Shown: positions 8,624 to 18,464, numbered from the stretch's first letter. The stretch: 64,000 bases of DNA from an uncultured Bacilli bacterium (GCA_934155005.1 CAKPGR010000001.1:18054-82053); one strand, 5' to 3'. Notes: a model not told the origin generated them from the sequence alone. Numbers and translations: made by a program.

Positions 8624-9915
8624 ATATATAATTTTTGAACATAATATGGTCCATTAACTTGTCTTTCTGACGAAAAAATATCTTTTTTCTTATTTATTAT
8701 ATCTTTAACTAATGATAATCCATAACCTTTTCCATTTCCCTTAGTTGTATAACCTTCTTTATCCAATTTTGATAAATTTACACATCCCTTATATGTATTA
8801 GAAAAGCTAAATATAATATTTCCCTTCTCAACACTAGCATCGATTACAATATATTTTTTATCTGCTTCATTTACAGCCTCTATTGCATTATCTAAATAAA
8901 CACCCATAATTTTACTTATATCATGTAAATTATCTTTAATAACTTTCTTTACTTTTTTATCATCTAATTTAGGTGAAATATCTACATAAACATCAATACC
9001 TCTGTTTATCATTTCTTCAACTTTATAATAAATTAAACCTTTTAATCCACCTTGTGGTAGATATTGAATTTTTCTAATCAACTCAACATTTTTATCATCT
9101 TGCTCTTCATTGATCAAATCATTTATATAATCTTTTACCTTTTTAGTTTTAACCATACCACTAATCAAAATTAATTGATTTTTATATTCATGTTGTTTTT
9201 TACTCTTTTCATCAATTGTTTGTTCATAAACTTTAACATAATTAAGTAATCTTTCATATTCACTGGTAATACGATTATTATTTGTTTTTTCTTTAAAATA
9301 TCCTAAAACAAATACAAATACTCCAATACAAAATAAATTAGTAACAATCAACAATGATGATGGTAAAACTTTAATAAAATTATTATATAAAACAAATGTT
9401 ATAACTATTAAAAAAGCAAGAAAAATAAATATTGTAAACTTCTTTTCATTTTCATTATACCATTCAATAATACTATTCGATATCTTTTTAATTATATTTA
9501 TTTTAGACAAAATAAAACTAAAAAGAAAAATTATCATATTAATTGAAATAGTGAAAATAGGATTACTACTTAAAGATATAGAATGTTGTCCTAATATTAT
9601 AGCTAAAACAAAACTGCAAATTAATTCAGAGATAGTTAATAGAAATAACATTATAAATAGACCTATTAAAGTTTTTACAAATGACTGCTTATATAAAATA
9701 ATCAAAGCAATCAAACAATATAGATGTATGAAATAAGGTCTAATATATACTAAATCCAATTTAGTTAAAGTAAAATATAATAATCCAATTAATAAAGAAA
9801 ATATAAAGATCTTTTTATTAAATTCAAATTTTTTCTTATAAACTAAATTACAAAATAAATAACAATATAATATAAAATATAAACTATTACATACAAACCA
9901 ACTAACTTCTAACAT
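8614..9915 (-). CDS. AgrC-like sensor histidine kinase (HPK10 / GHKL class)
   Basis: 433 aa. The N-terminal polytopic sensor has about 6-7 TM segments. The C-terminal ATPase is ...GVYLDNAIEA...FSFSNTY...TKGNGKGYGLSLVKDII. It overlaps the upstream LytTR regulator gene by 14 nt. Confidence 0.85.
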   Translation of the reverse strand: MLEVSWFVCNSLYFILYCYLFCNLVYKKKFEFNKKIFIFSLLIGLLYFTLTKLDLVYIRPYFIHLYCLIALIILYKQSFVKTLIGLFIMLFLLTISELICSFVLAIILGQHSISLSSNPIFTISINMIIFLFSFILSKINIIKKISNSIIEWYNENEKKFTIFIFLAFLIVITFVLYNNFIKVLPSSLLIVTNLFCIGVFVFVLGYFKEKTNNNRITSEYERLLNYVKVYEQTIDEKSKKQHEYKNQLILISGMVKTKKVKDYINDLINEEQDDKNVELIRKIQYLPQGGLKGLIYYKVEEMINRGIDVYVDISPKLDDKKVKKVIKDNLHDISKIMGVYLDNAIEAVNEADKKYIVIDASVEKGNIIFSFSNTYKGCVNLSKLDKEGYTTKGNGKGYGLSLVKDIINKKKDIFSSERQVNGPYYVQKLYIKK

Positions 9916-10615
9916 ATTCTTTTAAGCCCTTTCTTTTCTCTCTTGCTATTACATCAATGAAATCACCAGTTTCAAAGTAAATAACATTCTCTTTCCAATC
10001 TATTTTGGAAATTTTCTCAGTGTTAACTATACAACTTCTATGAGTTAGATAAAATCTATCATCTAGAATACCTAACATATAATTAATTGTTTTATTAACA
10101 GCTATCTCATTATAAACAGTTTTAATTATACACTTTCTATCAACAGTATCTTTCATAATATAAATAATATCATCTAAATGAATTATATAAGAAATACCAT
10201 CTGATGAAAAGGTTAAAGTCTTTTTATTGTTAACTTGACTAATGGCTCTCTTAATTGCTTTCTCTAAACTAGCTTCACAATTATCATATTTTGAAATAAA
10301 ATCTAATAACATTATTTGTGATTTTAAAGCTTCAAACCCAAGTTCATTATGAGATGTAACTAATATAATAACACTTTCCCAATCTTTCTTCCTAATTTCT
10401 CTTGCAATGTCTAAACCAGATAAACCTTCTTTCATTTCAATATCTAAGATATAAATCTTTGATTTACCTGTTTTAACTAATTTTTTAAAATCATTATCGA
10501 ATTTTTCAAACTCTGTAACATGATAGTAACTATCATTATTAATTAAGAGCTTATCAATTATTTTTCTTTCAATTGTTCTATAACGTTTTTCGTCATCACA
10601 TATAACAAACTCCAT
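9902..10615 (-). CDS. LytTR-family response regulator (AgrA-like)
   Basis: The receiver domain is MEFVICDDEK...IYILDIEM...ILVTSH. The C-terminal LytTR domain is ...IHLDDIIYI...LTHRSCIVN. Start set at ATG 10615, preceded by AGGGAG. Confidence 0.85.
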   Translation of the reverse strand: MEFVICDDEKRYRTIERKIIDKLLINNDSYYHVTEFEKFDNDFKKLVKTGKSKIYILDIEMKEGLSGLDIAREIRKKDWESVIILVTSHNELGFEALKSQIMLLDFISKYDNCEASLEKAIKRAISQVNNKKTLTFSSDGISYIIHLDDIIYIMKDTVDRKCIIKTVYNEIAVNKTINYMLGILDDRFYLTHRSCIVNTEKISKIDWKENVIYFETGDFIDVIAREKRKGLKEYVRS

Positions 10616-10677
10616 TATCACAACTACTCCCTTTCTATTTACTTTTAGCAAAATCATATCATAGGTAATAATAAAAA

Positions 10678-11223
10678 TCAATCACAAAAAACTTCATTAT
10701 TTATTCTTTCGAATATTTTTGGATTTTTAAATTCTTTTATATAATTTTCTAATTTTGTTTTATTTAATAGTTTTTTTATTTTTTTGTAATTATTTATTAT
10801 TTCATGATACACTTCATAATCAAGAGACATTTTATTTCTTACAATCTCTATTAATAGTCTTTCAAGATCATATATTAAAATATTAAAATTATGATAAGTT
10901 ATTTTGCTAACACCAATACTATATAGACTTGTTGTCATAAATATTTGCTTTATATTTTCATCTAATATTTTTCTATCTTTTTGTTTAGTAGCTATATAGT
11001 AAATATCACCACTTTTTTTTATTAATCCATAACAATAACAAGCCGTCTGTAAAGTAAAAACAGCATTAGGATGTTTTTTAGAAATATATTCTAAATATTC
11101 AAATTCCTTTGCTGTTGAATATACGCCTTTTTTTACCATATATAACTCTTGATTTTTTATTTTTTGTTTTATTTGATAATCACTTAATCCTAATTTTGTT
11201 AGGTCTTTATAAAGATATATCAT
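10678..11223 (-). CDS. AbiEi-like winged-helix protein (type IV TA antitoxin-family N-terminal domain), first gene of the kinase/regulator operon
   Basis: MIYLYKDLTKLGLSDYQIKQKIKNQELYMVKKGVYS matches the AbiEi_4-type N-terminal motif. AAGGTGG lies 5 nt upstream of ATG 11223. No AbiEii-like nucleotidyltransferase gene is adjacent. Confidence 0.55.
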   Translation of the reverse strand: MIYLYKDLTKLGLSDYQIKQKIKNQELYMVKKGVYSTAKEFEYLEYISKKHPNAVFTLQTACYCYGLIKKSGDIYYIATKQKDRKILDENIKQIFMTTSLYSIGVSKITYHNFNILIYDLERLLIEIVRNKMSLDYEVYHEIINNYKKIKKLLNKTKLENYIKEFKNPKIFERINNEVFCD

Positions 11224-11291
11224 AACAACCACCTTTTTCATTATACGAATATTTCTTTAAAAATGCAATAAATTACCTACAATTAGTTTAA

Positions 11292-13865
11292 TCAAATTTT
11301 TAAATTATATTCTTTCTTTTTTAAAGTTAATTTTCTTATCCAATCAACTGGTATAACTGTTATAGAGATGAAAAGGACAAGGAATAATTCAAAAAGTGAT
11401 AAACCAGATGTTCTAAATAATATTCCACCATGGTAGATAAGTACTATTTGAACAATAAAAATTAAAGCAATTATTATTAAAAACATTTTATTTTTTAAGA
11501 TATTTGATACTAAATTAATTCTTGTAGTTCTTGCATTAAAACAGTTAAATATACCTGTAAAAATAAACAAAGCAAAAAAACCTGTCATAAATGAAGCATT
11601 AGTGTTAAAGAGATTTTTTATTAATGGCAATTTTAAAAATAATACAAATAATATTGATGAATATAAACCAGTGACAATAATTTGACTAAACATATATTTA
11701 TTAATAATATGTTCACTTTTTTCTAATGGTTTTTCATCCATATATTCTAATATTGGTGGTTCATATGAGAAAGCAAGTCCTGCAAGTGTATCCATAACCA
11801 TGTTTACCCAAAGCATTTGTATAACTGTTATTGGTGTATTAACACCTATAAATGGTCCTATAATAGATAAACTTATAGCACAAAAGTTAACTGTAAGTTG
11901 AAAAATAATAAATTTTCTAATACTTTTAAAAATTGTTCTACCAAATAAAACAGCTTTTGCTATGGATAAAAAATTATCATCCATAATAACAATATCACTA
12001 GCTTCTTTTGCTACTTCTGTACCACTTCCCATAGCAAATCCAACATTTGCTTTTTTTAAAGCTGGAGCATCATTAACTCCATCCCCAGTCATTCCAACTA
12101 CATAATCTAACTCTTGTGATAATTTTACTAATCTACTTTTATCTTTTGGTAAAGCCCTAGCTACAACTTTTAATCTAGGAATTATTTTTTTTAGTTCTTC
12201 ATCTGTTAGTTTATTTAGTTCATCACTAGTCAAGACAATTGCATTAGCATTTAACATATTTAATTCACTTGCAATACCAACTGCTGTATTTTTATTATCC
12301 CCAGTTATCATAACGGTCTTAATTCCAGCATTCTTAACTAATTCTAAGCCTAATTTTGCTTCTTCTCTTATTTCATCTTTAATACATACTATGCCAACAA
12401 AATTTAAATTTTTAAGTTCATTTGATACCCTATTATCACTCGTAGCAAGAGCAACTACTCTAATCCCACTTTTAGTTATATCTTTAACATAATTTATTAC
12501 ATTTTCTTTTTCAAAAAATGTCCTTTTTGTGCCATATTCATTATAATAACTAGTACATTTTTCTATTATTTTTTCAGGTGCACCTTTTATTAATTTTATT
12601 TTTTTATCTCTTTTTATAGTTGTAATCATATATTTATTTTTACTATCAAATGGAATATCTATTTTTTTCTCAATTTTTTCTATTCCAGTATTTATAAATT
12701 TTAAAAGGGCTCTATCAGTACTATTACCGCCTATTATTTTATTTTCATAATAATAACTATCATTGTTATAAACTAAGGAATCTTTTAATATTTGATAATA
12801 TTTTCCCTTTAATTCATTTTCATTTTGGTATGTTTTAAAGTTACCATCTATTATTTCTATAACTTCTAATTTTCCTTTTGTTAATGTTCCTGTTTTGTCT
12901 GTAAATAATATATTTAAATTACCAGCTGTTTCTATACCAACTAATCTTCTAACCAAAACATTATTTTTTAACATTTTCTTCATATTAGAAGATAATACCA
13001 AAGTTATCATCATAGGTAATCCTTCTGGTACGGCTACAACGATAACAGTCACACAAAGGGTTAAAGCATAGAGTATATGCCCTGTTATAAAAGGAATATT
13101 TTTTATACACATAACTATCTTGTCTATATCAAAATTATTTTGAATAACTATAACGGAAAATAGATAAGCAAAAGCTACTAAAATAGCACCAATATAACCT
13201 ATTCTACTTATAATATTAGCTAAATCCCTAAGTCTAATTTTTAGAGGACTATCCGGATTTTTTTCAGATATTTCGCCTGCTAGTTTACCATATTCTGTAT
13301 CTTTACCGACTTTTTCTACAAGCATTGAACCTGTTCCTGTATATATTACACTTCCTCTATATAAATAATCTTTTTGATTCTTATTTTTTTCTTTTGTTTC
13401 TCCTGTTAATGATGATTCATCTACACTTATACTACCATCTATTAAAGTCCCATCTGCTGGGATTCTATCTCCTGATTGTAATAAAATTATATCACCTACA
13501 ACAACATCAGATACATTTATTTCCATTTTTGTTTTATTACGCAAAACTTTACATTTTATTTTTAGAGCTTCTTCTTGAAGTTTTTCAAAAGCTTTTTCAC
13601 TTCCATATTCGGATATTGATGATACAAACGAAGCAATAAAAATAGCTATAACTATACCTACTGTTTCATACCAATCAAAATCTTTTATTAAAAATACTGT
13701 TTTTATTCCAAGCGCTATTAATAAAATTTTGATCATTGGATCTCCTAATGATTCAATTAGTAATTTTAAAAAACTATTTTTATTAGTTTGTACAATATCA
13801 TTTGTTCCATATTTTTCTCTATTTTTTACCACTTCATCGTTAGTTAAGCCATTTTTTAAGTTCAT
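11292..13865 (-). CDS. calcium-translocating P-type ATPase (P2 type)
   Basis: 857 aa with TGES-like LTGET, phosphorylation site DKTGTLT, MITGDN, GDGVNDAPALKKA and 10 TM segments. Confidence 0.9.
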   Translation of the reverse strand: MNLKNGLTNDEVVKNREKYGTNDIVQTNKNSFLKLLIESLGDPMIKILLIALGIKTVFLIKDFDWYETVGIVIAIFIASFVSSISEYGSEKAFEKLQEEALKIKCKVLRNKTKMEINVSDVVVGDIILLQSGDRIPADGTLIDGSISVDESSLTGETKEKNKNQKDYLYRGSVIYTGTGSMLVEKVGKDTEYGKLAGEISEKNPDSPLKIRLRDLANIISRIGYIGAILVAFAYLFSVIVIQNNFDIDKIVMCIKNIPFITGHILYALTLCVTVIVVAVPEGLPMMITLVLSSNMKKMLKNNVLVRRLVGIETAGNLNILFTDKTGTLTKGKLEVIEIIDGNFKTYQNENELKGKYYQILKDSLVYNNDSYYYENKIIGGNSTDRALLKFINTGIEKIEKKIDIPFDSKNKYMITTIKRDKKIKLIKGAPEKIIEKCTSYYNEYGTKRTFFEKENVINYVKDITKSGIRVVALATSDNRVSNELKNLNFVGIVCIKDEIREEAKLGLELVKNAGIKTVMITGDNKNTAVGIASELNMLNANAIVLTSDELNKLTDEELKKIIPRLKVVARALPKDKSRLVKLSQELDYVVGMTGDGVNDAPALKKANVGFAMGSGTEVAKEASDIVIMDDNFLSIAKAVLFGRTIFKSIRKFIIFQLTVNFCAISLSIIGPFIGVNTPITVIQMLWVNMVMDTLAGLAFSYEPPILEYMDEKPLEKSEHIINKYMFSQIIVTGLYSSILFVLFLKLPLIKNLFNTNASFMTGFFALFIFTGIFNCFNARTTRINLVSNILKNKMFLIIIALIFIVQIVLIYHGGILFRTSGLSLFELFLVLFISITVIPVDWIRKLTLKKKEYNLKI

Positions 13866-13938
13866 AATTTTTTCCTCCTACAAAATGTATATTAAGGAAA
13901 TTATGAAATTATATATTTTATTAATCGACTTATAATAA

Positions 13939-13963
13939 CAAAAAAAGCATGATTAACATGCTT
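13939..13963 (-). terminator. terminator of the abi/thioredoxin-like cassette
   Basis: AAGCATG-N5-CATGCTT overlaps the stop codon and is followed by T5 on the minus strand. Confidence 0.6.
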
Positions 13964-14639
13964 CATCACATAATACATCATATACACTATTCATTCCATC
14001 CATATATATTTGTTTTAATTCATTTTTTTGTTTTGTTGTGAGTGGTGTATAAGGATCTTTTTGAGAATCAACTGTTGATGTATGTAGACTTAGAATTTTA
14101 CCATCTTTTACAAAAACAACAGTTGGATAATATAATCTTTTTATACTGTCATCATTTAAACCATCATAAGATGGTAAATAATCTTTTAGTATTTCAACTA
14201 AATTTTTATATTCATCTGTTCCTTCTTTTTCGGTAACAATATTACCATTTTCATCTAATGATTTTTGATCTCTTGAATCTTTATTATCATAATAATAAAT
14301 TTTATCTATACCAAGTTCTTTGGCTGCATCTATTAAAACAGGAACAGCATTTCTACACCATGGACATTCTTTAAAGCCAAAATATATTACTCCTGTTTTA
14401 TTTTTTAATATATCAACCACTTCTTCATAATTTGAATAAACGATTGGATTATCATTATCTATTTCTACTTTAACATAATCATGTTTACTACTTTCGTTAT
14501 ATGTATTATTAAGTGATTCATATTCTTTTTTAAATTTTGATTCATCTGTTTCTACATTTGTATTGTTTTTAAAAATTGAAAATGTCGTTACTAGTACTAT
14601 TAAAACAGCTACTATTATTATTAAAATATTTTTTTTCAT
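13953..14639 (-). CDS. membrane-anchored/exported thioredoxin-fold protein (CPWC active site)
   Basis: N-terminal TM/signal anchor MKKNILIIIVAVLIVLVTTFSIF. The thioredoxin motif is YFGFKECPWCRNAVPVL, and a second Cys pair sits at the extreme C-terminus (CDEAC). It resembles the bacteriocin-transport-accessory / TlpA-like class. Confidence 0.65.
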   Translation of the reverse strand: MKKNILIIIVAVLIVLVTTFSIFKNNTNVETDESKFKKEYESLNNTYNESSKHDYVKVEIDNDNPIVYSNYEEVVDILKNKTGVIYFGFKECPWCRNAVPVLIDAAKELGIDKIYYYDNKDSRDQKSLDENGNIVTEKEGTDEYKNLVEILKDYLPSYDGLNDDSIKRLYYPTVVFVKDGKILSLHTSTVDSQKDPYTPLTTKQKNELKQIYMDGMNSVYDVLCDEAC

Positions 14640-14647
14640 AACTACCT

Positions 14648-15583
14648 CTATTCTATATTTATAATATCTCTAAAATTTGTTGGAAAACCTATTTTATCTA
14701 AAATTATTTTTAAAGGAATTACATCTATTTTACTATCCAATATATCTATCTCATATCCTATTTGATATAACATATCATTAAATTCTTCTTCTGTTAACAT
14801 TTGCTTCATTATTATAATTAAAGCAAACAAGTCATTTTTGCCAAATTTATATTCATCTTCTTCATCTTTTTCAATATTCATAAAAATATGGTATTTACAA
14901 TTTGGAATTGTTTTTTGAGTTCTATGATCATATAAAATATCTTCATGAGCACATAAATTTCTAAAATTAGCTAGCATTTGAAGATATGTAAACATTGTAT
15001 CACTATGGATATTATACATATTACTTATTTCAGCTTGATCTTCAACTTTTAATATTCCATATAATTCTGATACAATACCAAAAGATAAAACTTTAACTAG
15101 AATCCACATTGGAATATATCCATAATTATTGATATAGTGAGATGTCGCTGTATGTTGTTTTCCATTTACTCTTATTTGTCTTTTTACTTTATTTAAGACA
15201 TCATAAACTTGTCTTGATTTAATACTATCTTGGGTATAATTTTTAGGATCCAAATATTCTTTTTCTTTAAATCCATATTTTTTTGACATTTGATAACTAA
15301 TTATTGATTTAATATTATTTTCAACAATTAATAAATATTTAAACATAATATTTCTGATATTACGATCAAATACAAATGTTGCATATAACTCTTCAAATGT
15401 CGTTCCTGCAATGAATTTATTATCCATAAAATTTCTTTCAAATAAATGTCTATATCCATTTATAAAAAAGTAATTTTCACGATATAAAATATCTTTTGTT
15501 TTTTCTATATCATTTATTATTAAACCTCTATCTTTTAATATAGTGATTTGTTCATCTAATGTTTTGAATATTTTTTTACCCAT
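14648..15583 (-). CDS. Abi_2 family (AbiD/AbiF-like) abortive-infection protein
   Basis: The family-typical N-terminus is KIFKTLDEQITILKDRGLII.D...ILYRENYFFINGYRHLF, with the later ...FRNLCAHEDILYD motif. Confidence 0.8.
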   Translation of the reverse strand: MGKKIFKTLDEQITILKDRGLIINDIEKTKDILYRENYFFINGYRHLFERNFMDNKFIAGTTFEELYATFVFDRNIRNIMFKYLLIVENNIKSIISYQMSKKYGFKEKEYLDPKNYTQDSIKSRQVYDVLNKVKRQIRVNGKQHTATSHYINNYGYIPMWILVKVLSFGIVSELYGILKVEDQAEISNMYNIHSDTMFTYLQMLANFRNLCAHEDILYDHRTQKTIPNCKYHIFMNIEKDEEDEYKFGKNDLFALIIIMKQMLTEEEFNDMLYQIGYEIDILDSKIDVIPLKIILDKIGFPTNFRDIINIE

Positions 15584-15604
15584 AACAAATCCTCCTATAT
15601 TTTG

Positions 15605-15613
15605 ATTATATCA
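15605..15613 (-). promoter_or_regulatory. extended -10 promoter (TGATATAAT) for the abi/thioredoxin-like cassette
   Basis: The minus strand reads TGATATAAT about 20 nt upstream of the AGGAGG RBS of the Abi gene. Confidence 0.4.
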
Positions 15614-15633
15614 CAAAATAAGGCTTATTTCTA

Positions 15634-16296
15634 TTAATTTGTTAAATATTCAACAACACTATTTCTTATTGTTGTAGCTATTTTGTTTTGATAACTATCT
15701 TGTTTTAATAAGTATCTATCACTTGCATTACTTAAAAAACCTAGTTCTAATAAAACACCTGGTTTATCTATTCGTTTTTGTAAATATAATTCTTTTGTTT
15801 TCTTATATTTTCTTGTACTATTTAAATCTTTCTTAAAATGTTTTTGAAAAATTTTAGCTATTTTTTCATTTTCAGAATTTTTGTCATCATAGAATACTTG
15901 TGCGCCACGCCATACTCCTGTATCCTCTGCATTTAAATGAATTGATATAAATAAATCACAATCTGATTTATTTATTATATTACCTCTTCTAGATAAATCA
16001 CTTCTTTTTCTATTTATTGTATTAGGTACTGATAAATCATAATCACCATATCTAGTCAAATAAACAATAGCACCTTCTTTAATGAGAATATCCTCAACCT
16101 TTTTACTTATTTCTAAATTTATATCTTTTTCTTTTATTCCTTTATACATAGCGCCTGGGTCTAAATTTCCATGACCAGGATCTATATATATTACTTTTCC
16201 TAACAATAAAAGTTCATTATTTTTAGCATATATGTAATTAATACTACATAAAGAAATTAAAAAAATAAGTAAAACATATATCTTGTATTTTAACAT
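15634..16296 (-). CDS. cwlD: N-acetylmuramoyl-L-alanine amidase, CwlD-like (germination-specific)
   Basis: Signal anchor plus Amidase_3 motifs IDPGHGNLDPGA ... ISIHLNA ... LLELGFLSN. The size (220 aa) and position near rpsI match B. subtilis cwlD. Confidence 0.75.
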   Translation of the reverse strand: MLKYKIYVLLIFLISLCSINYIYAKNNELLLLGKVIYIDPGHGNLDPGAMYKGIKEKDINLEISKKVEDILIKEGAIVYLTRYGDYDLSVPNTINRKRSDLSRRGNIINKSDCDLFISIHLNAEDTGVWRGAQVFYDDKNSENEKIAKIFQKHFKKDLNSTRKYKKTKELYLQKRIDKPGVLLELGFLSNASDRYLLKQDSYQNKIATTIRNSVVEYLTN

Positions 16297-16433
16297 TTTA
16301 CCACCTATATCATTATATGTTTTTAATTTGGTATAAATGTAAATTTATTGGTTAAGATAATTTTATGGTTAATAAGCCAATAGTCAACAAGCATTTCTAT
16401 TTGCTAGAATTATATTGAAGAGAGGTGTTATCT

Positions 16434-16676
16434 ATGGAAAAAATATATAAAGTTAATTTTGAAAATGGATATTACCTATTTAAACTTGAAAAATTATTGG
16501 CTGATAAGAAAATAAGTAAAAATAAAATTATGCGTGATACTAATACTGACTTTAAAGTTTTAAAGAGATTAGGACATGGAGAATTAGCTAGAATTGATAT
16601 AACTGTTTTAGCTAGATTATGTGATTACTTAGATTGTGATATTAAAGATATAGTTGAATACAAAAAAACTCATTAA
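16434..16676 (+). CDS. Cro/C1-type HTH transcriptional regulator (HTH_26-like)
   Basis: LEKLLADKKISKNKIMRDTNTDFKVLKRL...ITVLARLCDYLDCDIKDIVEY is the small XRE-like regulator pattern. ATG 16434 follows AGAGGTG. Confidence 0.6.
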   Translation: MEKIYKVNFENGYYLFKLEKLLADKKISKNKIMRDTNTDFKVLKRLGHGELARIDITVLARLCDYLDCDIKDIVEYKKTH

Positions 16677-17542
16677 TTTGAGTTTTTTTCATATCTCGCA
16701 TATATACCACATGGTAAAACTAAATCACTATTTTTTATTGGAAGTCCTATTTCATCTGAATATATTTTTCCATCCAAGTTATTTAAAACATTTTTTAACA
16801 TATTAACTAATGATTCTTTTGATAAACCCGTTGTATAACAATTTATTATAAAAAATAAAGGATCATCCGCTAGTATTTCTTTACATAATTTAACTAATTC
16901 AAATAAATTTTTTTCTATATCCCATACTTCGCCATTAGCGCCTCTTCCATAACTTGGTGGATCCATAACGATGGCATCATACTTATGTCCTCTTCTAATT
17001 TCTCTTTTTACAAATTTTAAAACATCATCTACCAAAAATCTTATTGGTCTATCTTCTAAATTTGATGATTTAACATTTTCCTTAGCCCATTCAACCATAC
17101 CACGACTTGAATCAACATGAACAACACTTGCTCCTGCTTTTAAGCATGCTACACTTGCTCCACCTGTATATGCAAATAAATTTAAAACACTTATCTCTTT
17201 TTTAGATTCTGTTATTTTTTTTATCATAAAATCCCAGTTAGCAGCTTGTTCTGGAAATAGTCCTGTATGTTTAAAACCCATTTGTTTGATATTAAACACC
17301 ATATCTTTATAGTTCACTGTCCAAGATGGTGGTATATTTTTTATATTCTCCCAGTGTCCTCCACCTTTATTACTTCTAATATAATAAGCATGAATATTAT
17401 CATATTTATCTTTTAAAATTTCATCATTCCATATTATTTGTGGATCTGGTCTAAGTAATATATATTTTCCCCATCTTTCAAGTTTTTCACCATTTGATGC
17501 ATCTATTATTTCAAAATCTTTCCAATCATTACTTATAGTCAT
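16673..17542 (-). CDS. class I SAM-dependent methyltransferase (RlmI/RlmK-like catalytic domain)
   Basis: VLNLFAYTGGASVA (SAM motif I), VHVDSS and AIVMDPPSYGRG (motif IV). Confidence 0.6.
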   Translation of the reverse strand: MTISNDWKDFEIIDASNGEKLERWGKYILLRPDPQIIWNDEILKDKYDNIHAYYIRSNKGGGHWENIKNIPPSWTVNYKDMVFNIKQMGFKHTGLFPEQAANWDFMIKKITESKKEISVLNLFAYTGGASVACLKAGASVVHVDSSRGMVEWAKENVKSSNLEDRPIRFLVDDVLKFVKREIRRGHKYDAIVMDPPSYGRGANGEVWDIEKNLFELVKLCKEILADDPLFFIINCYTTGLSKESLVNMLKNVLNNLDGKIYSDEIGLPIKNSDLVLPCGIYARYEKNSN

Positions 17543-17571
17543 TTTATCACCATATATATTATATCATAAGA

Positions 17572-17949
17572 TTATTTTAAAACATGTGTTTTTATCTTTT
17601 TTATATCATTTATTTCATTTATTGCATATTCTTTGTCATCATCATAAATATATTCAATCGATATGATATCATATTTATCTGTTTCAAAGTAAAAATTAAT
17701 ATCATTAGGTTCTATATCGCCATGTTCAAAATATACTTCATAAGTATCTAGGTCTTTTATATTTTGCTTTAAATCTTTTATATTTACCTTTTTTACATCA
17801 TATAGTTTGTCATCTATTTCTACCTCATATTCATCATTTATATTATTTAAATATTTATTTATATCTGTTTTATTATTTTTACATCCTACTAATACTATTG
17901 TTGAAAAAGTTAATAATGCTACTGATTTATATAATTTTAAATTTTTCAT
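17572..17949 (-). CDS. hypothetical lipoprotein
   Basis: Signal peptide with the lipobox LVGC (MKNLKLYKSVALLTFSTIVLVGC). Confidence 0.55.
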   Translation of the reverse strand: MKNLKLYKSVALLTFSTIVLVGCKNNKTDINKYLNNINDEYEVEIDDKLYDVKKVNIKDLKQNIKDLDTYEVYFEHGDIEPNDINFYFETDKYDIISIEYIYDDDKEYAINEINDIKKIKTHVLK

Positions 17950-18000
17950 TTTTTTCCTCCTTAGTCAATTATATTAACATATTTAAAAAAAGAGAAAAGA

Positions 18001-18024
18001 AAACCAAGAAAATTTCTTGGTTTT
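18001..18024 (-). terminator. rpsI terminator
   Basis: AAACCAAGAAA-N2-TTCTTGGTTT is followed by a T-rich run on the minus strand. Confidence 0.7.
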
Positions 18025-18036
18025 TTATATGCACTA

Positions 18037-18453
18037 TTATCTCTTTGAAAATTGTGGAGCTCTACGGGCACCTTTAAGTCCTGGTTTTTTACGTTCTTTA
18101 ACTCTAGAATCTCTAGTAATAAATCCTGATTTTTTTAGAACTTTTCTATAACTATCTTCACTTGTTTCATTTGCTGAATCATATGAAAGTAAAGCTCTTG
18201 TTATACCTAATCTGATTGCACCAGTTTGACCAGTGAATCCACCACCATTAACTTTTACTTCTATATCAAATGTTTCTTCATTATTTGTTGCTACTAAAGG
18301 TTGTTTTAAATCCATTACATTTGTTTCATATGGAAAGAAATCTCTAACATCTCTTCCATTAACTGTAATTTTTCCTTTTCCTGGAACCATCTTAACTTGT
18401 GCTACAGATGATTTTCTTCTTCCAGTACCAATATAAACTTTTGAATTTGCCAT
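18037..18453 (-). CDS. rpsI: 30S ribosomal protein S9
   Basis: [10 protein letters not shown]...GGG.TGQ.GA...ARR.PQFSKR C-terminus. Confidence 0.97.
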   Translation of the reverse strand: MANSKVYIGTGRRKSSVAQVKMVPGKGKITVNGRDVRDFFPYETNVMDLKQPLVATNNEETFDIEVKVNGGGFTGQTGAIRLGITRALLSYDSANETSEDSYRKVLKKSGFITRDSRVKERKKPGLKGARRAPQFSKR

Positions 18454-18464
18454 TTAAAAACCTC

